Shown here one piece after another: positions 57,228-64,000 of a stretch of DNA of 64,000 bases. The stretch spans positions 88,465-152,464 of the IMG/VR virus record IMGVR_UViG_3300033049_000020; one strand, written 5' to 3'. Made by a program: the position numbers and the translations under genes. Position 1 is the stretch's first letter. Each line of letters begins with the position of its first letter. The stretch comes from a virus. Under the pieces are notes generated by a model, which was not told the origin of the DNA, ran no database searches, and saw nothing but the letters and a program-made list of their open reading frames with translations.

Positions 57228-57275
57228 TTAGCAGACCTTAGCATTGTATTTATTAATATAACAGCGACATCACTA

Positions 57276-57638
57276 ATGAGCGACAAAGAAGCGTCTAAAC
57301 CAACCGATGGTAAGGCAGAAGATAAGTTACCAGTTGAACTAGAAAATCAGAAGGAACTTCTTGCATTAGAGTCACAAAGACTCGATAATTTCGACAAGAA
57401 ACTTAAGATTAAAGGTTTAACTGCTAAGAACGAATTGGAGAAATCCAAGAACGAACTAGACCTATCTAGACACTATATTGACCAGATTAATACGCTTAGA
57501 TGGTTATTATCCGACACAATGCTAGATGAAGACGCTACCCAAATTGGTAGTGAAGCGAAGTTCAAGCACCTCTTTGTAGAGAAAGACCAACAAATCATTA
57601 AAAAAAAGATAATGACACTGGTAAAAAACCTGAAATAG
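57276..57638 (+). CDS. Hypothetical coiled-coil protein
   Basis: ORF. Confidence 0.6.
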   Translation: MSDKEASKPTDGKAEDKLPVELENQKELLALESQRLDNFDKKLKIKGLTAKNELEKSKNELDLSRHYIDQINTLRWLLSDTMLDEDATQIGSEAKFKHLFVEKDQQIIKKKIMTLVKNLK

Positions 57639-57685
57639 GTTGACATTATCAATTTAATTGGGTATCTTTGTGGTAAACAACAACA

Positions 57686-58051
57686 ATGAGCTTAATAAAA
57701 TTTGAATTAACTAACGACCACTTAAAGCTGGTCAAGCAACTACGATTTACCAAGGGTAAAGGAATCACAATCAATGCAGCAGACGAGTTCGGCTCACCAT
57801 TCGGTGGGGACAATTTGTATGAAGACATGGATGTAATTCTATCTGGTAAACCAGAGGTCAACTTTGACCCATTAGGAGAGCCAGAACCATTAGATATGGA
57901 GGCTATTGAACTATACAAGAAACTATACGATGAACTTCCAACCGCGTTAGAAGTAATGTTGAACCTCAACACCTTTGAAACGGGACACTACAAACGTAAG
58001 TTCCATCAACGAGGTTACTGGAAACTATATACACCAAAGATTGAGTCGTAA
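57686..58051 (+). CDS. Hypothetical protein
   Basis: ORF after promoter; PFG...YEDM motif. Confidence 0.65.
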   Translation: MSLIKFELTNDHLKLVKQLRFTKGKGITINAADEFGSPFGGDNLYEDMDVILSGKPEVNFDPLGEPEPLDMEAIELYKKLYDELPTALEVMLNLNTFETGHYKRKFHQRGYWKLYTPKIES

Positions 58052-58388
58052 ATGTGGAGAATTAAATACTTGCTACATGATTGGTTTGGAATCAATTGGT
58101 CTAAGGATATTAGTTGTAAACATAGGTGGGTAATGAGTGAAATGTCAAAGAACATATGTCTTGATTGTGACGCTACCAGATGTCATTGTAAATGTGGATT
58201 ATATAAACACTAATTATGGATAATATACGTTGTTATTTATGTGGAAGATTTATCGGAAATAAAGACTTCGAAGCCAATAAGGTTGACGTGAAGTTCACGC
58301 CTGACACGGAATTCACGTCAGAAGATATAAAACATTATCATTCAGAGTGTATGTGCAAAATTAGTCAGAACAGTAAAAACAAAAAAAT

Positions 58389-58811
58389 ATGAGTGTAGAT
58401 TTTTATGGTTGCGAATCATGCGGCAATTCGAGATACGAAGAGTATGTAGCAGCATGTAATAAGTGTTACAATGACTTATGCGTATCATGTCTGGTTGATA
58501 AGAACACTATAGAGGTTGATTCCGACTTCGCATACGTATATGGGTATAGGTTCGACTCTAAGAACCCAGAACTAATGGAGCGTTACAAGTCAGAGGGATT
58601 CTACCTTTATAACGAGGATGGTACAACTGACTACGAAGATGGTGAAATCATCGGTGACAGTGGTATTGATAGTAAGTACTGCCCGTTTTGTGCTGGTAAT
58701 AAAATAGACAAAGTAGAAGTGTTAGGTTACCTATTAGGTAAATGTGGACTAAGCCTTGATGAGGCTTGGGAAGAAATGAAAAAATCATATCAAAAAGAAG
58801 AGAATGAGTGA
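58389..58811 (+). CDS. Cys-rich hypothetical protein
   Basis: Four CxxC pairs. Confidence 0.65.
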   Translation: MSVDFYGCESCGNSRYEEYVAACNKCYNDLCVSCLVDKNTIEVDSDFAYVYGYRFDSKNPELMERYKSEGFYLYNEDGTTDYEDGEIIGDSGIDSKYCPFCAGNKIDKVEVLGYLLGKCGLSLDEAWEEMKKSYQKEENE

Positions 58812-59286
58812 GAGAGCACCATCATACGTAATCGTAAAACAATACATCAACTCCAAAGGGGTAACGATACCAACAATACTCATTAACAATATTAGTGAGA
58901 TAATGGAATTTGATGACGAAGACAAGGCCACTAAGCTGGCCATGTTATTTGAAGCCAATTCTGATTCAGGTTGGAAATATAACGTTAAAAAAATAGGATA
59001 ATTATGGAAAAGCAAGAAGTGCAAAAAGTAAAAGTTTATCTATCGATATATGGTGATTATACCGCATTTCATGAAATATCAGTGGTTGTTGAATATGACA
59101 TTACTAATAAGAAACAAATAGGTGATATGACATTAGAAGAATGTGAAAACTTCAATAGTGATGATAGTGATTATGGTGACACTGAGTTACATGATGCAAT
59201 ATTGATTGATGGTAGGTATTACTATTCGATTTAATTTGCATATGTTAAATATATTTCGTACCTTTGTATTAAATCAAACTTAATAG

Positions 59287-60255
59287 ATGGGTAAAAAATC
59301 AATAATTTTTTCAGTAGATAATAGGTTAGACCTTAGAGATGAAGTTGTAACTTATATCAGGGGAAGACTCAAAAAGATTCATAAAGGCACGATGAAGAAT
59401 CGTGAGTTTAAGGACGGAGAAGTCAACGTTGATTTCCAAGATAGTATCAGAGGGAGACGAGTATATCTACTTTCGTCTCCCAATACATCTACAGAGCGAG
59501 AAAAATTAATGTTCGCCATTGATGCTGCTAAACGAGCATCAGCCAAAGAAATAGTTTTAATTCTACCATTCTTCCCGTATGCTCGGCAAGATAAAATGGA
59601 CCAGCCTAGAGGTGCCATCGGTGCCAAGGTATTGTCTGGTGTGTGGGAATACTTAGGATGTGATAAAATAATCACATTGGAGCTTCATGCGGAGCAGATT
59701 CAAGGTTTCTTCCAAATTCCAGTAACACACATTAAAGGTAAGTATTTATTTGCTGATTACGTAGCTGAAAAGGCTCGTGAATACGGTGGTGATGTTGTAT
59801 TAGCGGCAGCAGATGCTGGTGGTGGAAAGCGATTGGAGAAGATGGCGGCACTCGTACATAAACGTCACGGTATTGACCTACCATTGGTATTCGCGCATAA
59901 GACCCGTATCGAAGATAATAAGGTCGACAAGATGCGTATCATAGGTAAAGTGAATGATAAATACGTTATCTTCTTAGACGACATGTTAGATACTGGCGGT
60001 ACACTATGTGCCGCAGCAAGTGGAGTAATGGGTGAAGGTGCTCTAGGTTGTGAAGGTATTGTAACACACGTATTAGCGAGTGGTAATGCCGTAGAAAATA
60101 TTGAAAATTCAGATTTAAAAACCTTGATGGGTTCGAATAGTCTTATCATACCAATACACCCTAAGTTCGTTCAATTGAGTGCGGCAGGTGAGATTGGTAA
60201 AGCGATTATAGCCGAAGACTATAATCTTAGTCACAATAAGTTACAAGAGAACTAA
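59287..60255 (+). CDS. prs: Ribose-phosphate pyrophosphokinase-family protein
   Basis: FKDGE, PYARQDK, LHAEQIQGFF, DDMLDTGGTL. Confidence 0.9.
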   Translation: MGKKSIIFSVDNRLDLRDEVVTYIRGRLKKIHKGTMKNREFKDGEVNVDFQDSIRGRRVYLLSSPNTSTEREKLMFAIDAAKRASAKEIVLILPFFPYARQDKMDQPRGAIGAKVLSGVWEYLGCDKIITLELHAEQIQGFFQIPVTHIKGKYLFADYVAEKAREYGGDVVLAAADAGGGKRLEKMAALVHKRHGIDLPLVFAHKTRIEDNKVDKMRIIGKVNDKYVIFLDDMLDTGGTLCAAASGVMGEGALGCEGIVTHVLASGNAVENIENSDLKTLMGSNSLIIPIHPKFVQLSAAGEIGKAIIAEDYNLSHNKLQEN

Positions 60256-60881
60256 TGATTGATAAGAATTTCTTTTATGAAACTGAACTTAAAGCTGCTC
60301 ATGGTGGATGTCCTCACGCAATGAATAATGTGTACCTAAAGTTATATAAGGCTATGCAACCAACGGTTGAGTATCATTTTTATAATAATGCATTAGGACG
60401 AGAAATCATCCAAGATAGTATTATAAAGATATTCAAGCGTCTTGATAAAATTAATTACAAGGCAATGAGTAGATACGCTAAGAGGACGGCCAGTAATATG
60501 TGTATTGATACGCATCGTAAAAATGCCATAAAAGACCGTAAACTTGAAATTAGTATGGATAAGCCTCTAATGACTTCCTATGATGTGAGGACGTTTAAAG
60601 ACTTACTCCCAAACACAGACGATACTAGCCTTTACGATAAATATAATCCAGATATAGTCTGGGAGCAATTGTTTGAAGCTATTAACGAACTATCTCCAGC
60701 ATACAAGAGAATATTTGAGATGTTTTACTTAGACGAAATGAGTCACGAAGAAATTAGCGAAGAGCTAGGAATTTGCAAAGGAGCATCCAAATCCAACCTG
60801 TTCAAGGCTAGGAATAACATGAGAAAGAAATTAGGTTCATACAACGGAGTCTTGAAGAAAGATTTTGAACCTATATGGTAA
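60255..60881 (+). CDS. ECF-type sigma-70 factor
   Basis: EIIQDSIIKIF...N..ID..RK; LSPAYKRIF...MSHEEISEELGI..GASKSNLFKAR. Confidence 0.9.
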   Translation: MIDKNFFYETELKAAHGGCPHAMNNVYLKLYKAMQPTVEYHFYNNALGREIIQDSIIKIFKRLDKINYKAMSRYAKRTASNMCIDTHRKNAIKDRKLEISMDKPLMTSYDVRTFKDLLPNTDDTSLYDKYNPDIVWEQLFEAINELSPAYKRIFEMFYLDEMSHEEISEELGICKGASKSNLFKARNNMRKKLGSYNGVLKKDFEPIW

Positions 60882-60920
60882 ATACCGATTATTTTCGGTA
60901 TCTTTGTACAAAACAACAAT

Positions 60921-62501
60921 ATGAAATTTAAGGAACTAACGGATGAACATATCCAAGCTATACGTAATATATTTACAGATAAAAGCGTCTCTTGGGATGA
61001 GAGAATCGACCAAATTAAAGCTATTACCGATACGTCCGAAAGAACGGTTAGGAAATGGTTAATCAAATTAGGTATTTCCAAGACCAAAGAGGAAGTATCA
61101 CCTCAATACGAAACAGCTAAAAAGAAGAAAGCTGATAAGACCAAAAATGTTCTTTGTATAACATGGGGTCAATGTAATACTGATGTCCATGAACAATTAT
61201 TTACCAATATAGAATCATATGCTAAAGAGCGTAATGGTGCTATTCACGTAATCGCAGGTCGATATAAAAATCCAACTAGCTTGGAGGGTATGCACACCAT
61301 CCAACAAGGTGAGACTTGGCATTCTCGTTTAGTACCATATTTGGATGCTAATCGACATGACATTCATAAATACTTATCGATACTATCTGATATTAAAACC
61401 CAACCAACTGCTATTAATCCAATGTCGGGTATGGCAGGTGTAAGTGGTGTTAATTCGTGTATTTTCGGGTCACCTAAAGTACAAATGGAAATGATACCAG
61501 TACTTGAAGGTAATAGACCTAAAATGATGATGACTACTGGTGCCTGTACGGTTAAGAACTATACAGACAGTAAAGCTGGTAAAAAAGGTGAATTCCATCA
61601 TACGTTAGGTTTTATAGTAGTAGAAATTGAAGATAAGGATACGTTCCACCTTCGTCATGTAACTGCTGATGATAATGGTAATTTTATAGACCTATTTTAT
61701 GAGGTTAAAGACGGTGTGGTTTCGACCATTGAAGATTGTGATGCAATTGTATTGGGTGACCTTCACGTTGGCCACCACGATGAAGAGGTTCTTGTTAAGA
61801 CGTCTGACCTTATGAATAGACTTAAGCCGAAGCACACCATATTGCACGATGTGTTTGATGGTAGGTCAATAAGTCACCACGAAGCTAAAGACCCGTTCAT
61901 TCAATACGCTAAGGAATTCCATGGTCAAAATGATTTGGGAGAAGAGATTGAGGAGATGATGGGAGTTCTGAGTATGTTCAAACATAGACCAAATGTGGTT
62001 ATTGTTAGAAGTAATCACGATGACTTCTTAGATAGATGGTTGAAGCTGAATGATTGGCGTAAACAATCCACACCAAAGAACAATAAGCTGTATATGGATT
62101 TTTCTCAAAGATTGATGAACCAATATGAGAATACTCCAGACCAAGTATTAGGTGTTATTCCCGAATTGATTACTGATAGATTCCCTAAGTATAAAACATT
62201 AGGCAGGGGCGACTCTTATAAGGTAAATGGATGGGAGTTAGGTCATCACGGAGATATGGGTGCTAACGGCTCCAGAGGTAGCTTATTGAGCTTCAGGAGA
62301 CTTAATACTAAAGTAATTGTTGGTCACTACCATAGCCCACAGAGAAAAGACGGTGCTTTGGCAGTCGGAACATCAACTCACTTACGAGTAGGCTACAATA
62401 AAGGAGCTTCAGGTTGGTTGCAAAGTCACGTAATTATTCATAAAAATGGTAAGGCGCAGCATATCAATTTTATAAATGGTAAATTCACCATTATAAAATA
62501 A
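60921..62501 (+). CDS. Large-phage metallophosphoesterase-like protein with N-terminal HTH
   Basis: GDLHVG, HD.FDG, SNHD, HGD, GHYHS. Confidence 0.7.
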   Translation: MKFKELTDEHIQAIRNIFTDKSVSWDERIDQIKAITDTSERTVRKWLIKLGISKTKEEVSPQYETAKKKKADKTKNVLCITWGQCNTDVHEQLFTNIESYAKERNGAIHVIAGRYKNPTSLEGMHTIQQGETWHSRLVPYLDANRHDIHKYLSILSDIKTQPTAINPMSGMAGVSGVNSCIFGSPKVQMEMIPVLEGNRPKMMMTTGACTVKNYTDSKAGKKGEFHHTLGFIVVEIEDKDTFHLRHVTADDNGNFIDLFYEVKDGVVSTIEDCDAIVLGDLHVGHHDEEVLVKTSDLMNRLKPKHTILHDVFDGRSISHHEAKDPFIQYAKEFHGQNDLGEEIEEMMGVLSMFKHRPNVVIVRSNHDDFLDRWLKLNDWRKQSTPKNNKLYMDFSQRLMNQYENTPDQVLGVIPELITDRFPKYKTLGRGDSYKVNGWELGHHGDMGANGSRGSLLSFRRLNTKVIVGHYHSPQRKDGALAVGTSTHLRVGYNKGASGWLQSHVIIHKNGKAQHINFINGKFTIIK

Positions 62502-62722
62502 ATTTGGAAAGTTAAATAATTTTACGTATCTTTGTGATATGGAAGAGCAGGTAACAATTGTTATTGATAAGAAAGACCTAAACATATTAGCTATGGCGGT
62601 TAATAGATTTTGGGCGATGACTTATAAAGAGTCTATAGAAGATAAAACTGACTTAGGTAAAAATACGCCAAGCATGTTATGGAAAGAACTGAATTGTTGG
62701 AGAAACAATTAATATCTTTAAA

Positions 62723-63178
62723 ATGAAAACAACCTGTGGATTATTCCTTATCAATAAGGACAATGAATTGCTTTGTGTTCACCCGACTAGACATCCTATT
62801 GATGTGTGGTCAGTACCTAAAGGTATTGTGGATGAAGGGGAAAGCCATTTACATGCGGCTATACGGGAAACTTTTGAGGAAACTAGTATTACGCTGAATA
62901 CGGATGAACACATCTTTCACAGCATAGCAGTGCCGTTTATGTACCCAAGTGGTAAGAAACAGTTATCTGCTCACTTCATATTCGAAAAAGAGAATCCAGA
63001 ATTGGACTTCGGTAACTTCAACTTCAATTGTAGTTCATTTGTACCAGAGTTCTTAGGTGGGTTTCCAGAAGTGGACTCATTTGGTTGGGTAGACATAGAT
63101 TTAGCTATGGAATTCATCCACTTGACACAAGCAAAAGCACTTGATAGTTCCATTACTTTACATAAGTTTTGGCCATGA
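62723..63178 (+). CDS. Nudix hydrolase
   Basis: PKG..DEGES...AA.RETFEET. Confidence 0.85.
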   Translation: MKTTCGLFLINKDNELLCVHPTRHPIDVWSVPKGIVDEGESHLHAAIRETFEETSITLNTDEHIFHSIAVPFMYPSGKKQLSAHFIFEKENPELDFGNFNFNCSSFVPEFLGGFPEVDSFGWVDIDLAMEFIHLTQAKALDSSITLHKFWP

Positions 63179-63218
63179 GTGGTTTTTTACATATTAATTT
63201 AGTATCTTTGTACAAATA

Positions 63219-63767
63219 ATGGCAAGAAGAAACGAGAGAATTCAACCGAGAATTCAACAAAAACATAAACTTAACGACCAAATAATAGGCGATGAAGTTA
63301 GGTTAGTTGGAGATAATGTGGAGAACGGAGTGATAACTTTATCAGAGGCTAAAAGTATAGCCAAGGCGAAGGAGATGGATTTGGTATTAATTAACCCCAA
63401 CTCAGAGCCAGTTATTTGCAAAGTGATGGACTACAAGAAATTTCTCTATGAGGAAAAGAAGAAAGGTGGTCAGCCGAAGCCAAAACCGATTAAAGAATTA
63501 AGATACCGTCCTAACACGGACGACCATGACTTCGAGTTCAAGCTTAAACACGCTAAGAGCTTCTTAGATAAGGGTCATAAGGTTAAGGCATATGTCATGT
63601 TTCGAGGTAGAGAATTATCTTTTAAAGATAAGGGGGAAGCTATATTATTGAGGCTATCAGTAGAGTTAGAAGGACTTGGTGTGCCAGAGGCGTTACCTAA
63701 GTTTGAAGGGCGTAAATGTATAATGATTTTTAAGCCAATAAATGGAGATAATAAAAAAAATGGGTAA
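63219..63767 (+). CDS. infC: Translation initiation factor IF-3
   Basis: EVRLVG...DLVLI...CKVMDY.KF.YE...KE....P..D.HD..FK...FL..GHKVK..FRGRE. Confidence 0.95.
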   Translation: MARRNERIQPRIQQKHKLNDQIIGDEVRLVGDNVENGVITLSEAKSIAKAKEMDLVLINPNSEPVICKVMDYKKFLYEEKKKGGQPKPKPIKELRYRPNTDDHDFEFKLKHAKSFLDKGHKVKAYVMFRGRELSFKDKGEAILLRLSVELEGLGVPEALPKFEGRKCIMIFKPINGDNKKNG

Positions 63768-64000
63768 GAGAAGAATGGCTATCGACACCAAACGTGGTGA
63801 ACAGATAAAGGATAGTGACGATTACAAATGGACTGTCATAATAGAAGAGATTGACGGAACGGTTGTGACCAAACATGCAAATGGTCACAACTTAGAAGAA
63901 GCATTATATAGATTACAAATAATTGAGCGTAAAGATTCAATCACTAAATTCATTGATAAAGTACCTGAGTGGATACTACAAGTTGCAATATTTTCCTTAA

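Overview
A 64-kb segment of an AT-rich large/jumbo dsDNA phage. Its host is probably in the Bacteroidetes, because about 30 genes are preceded by the Bacteroidetes housekeeping promoter pattern TTG-N~20-TAnnTTTG. Almost all genes are on the + strand. The window contains two tRNA operons (about 2.6-7.3 kb: Phe/Glu/Ala/Asp; about 21.4-26.2 kb: Pro/Gln/Tyr/Thr/Gly/Lys), an array of structured ncRNAs (15.85-17.6 kb) and a compact RNase P RNA. It also carries translation genes (rplL, infC, mnmA, GatB/YqeY-like, TyrRS S4-like), NAD salvage genes (nadM-Nudix, nadV, prs), an Acb1-like 2H phosphoesterase, an ECF sigma factor and many free-standing HNH/GIY-YIG endonucleases. Main finding: each tRNA operon starts with a short leader peptide plus a terminator/antiterminator. 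The codon-rich core of each leader is made of the amino acids whose tRNAs lie downstream (FEFNFAAFAEEDD for Phe/Glu/Ala/Asp; TTTYKGKQYPQGTKP for Thr/Tyr/Lys/Gly/Gln/Pro). This suggests a ribosome-stalling attenuator that switches on phage tRNA supply when those tRNAs are limiting. Second theme: at least five endonuclease cassettes have split a target gene (two tRNAs, a phosphoesterase, mnmA, an HNH gene) while carrying a diverged replacement of the disrupted part. All calls were made by eye, without database searches or folding software.
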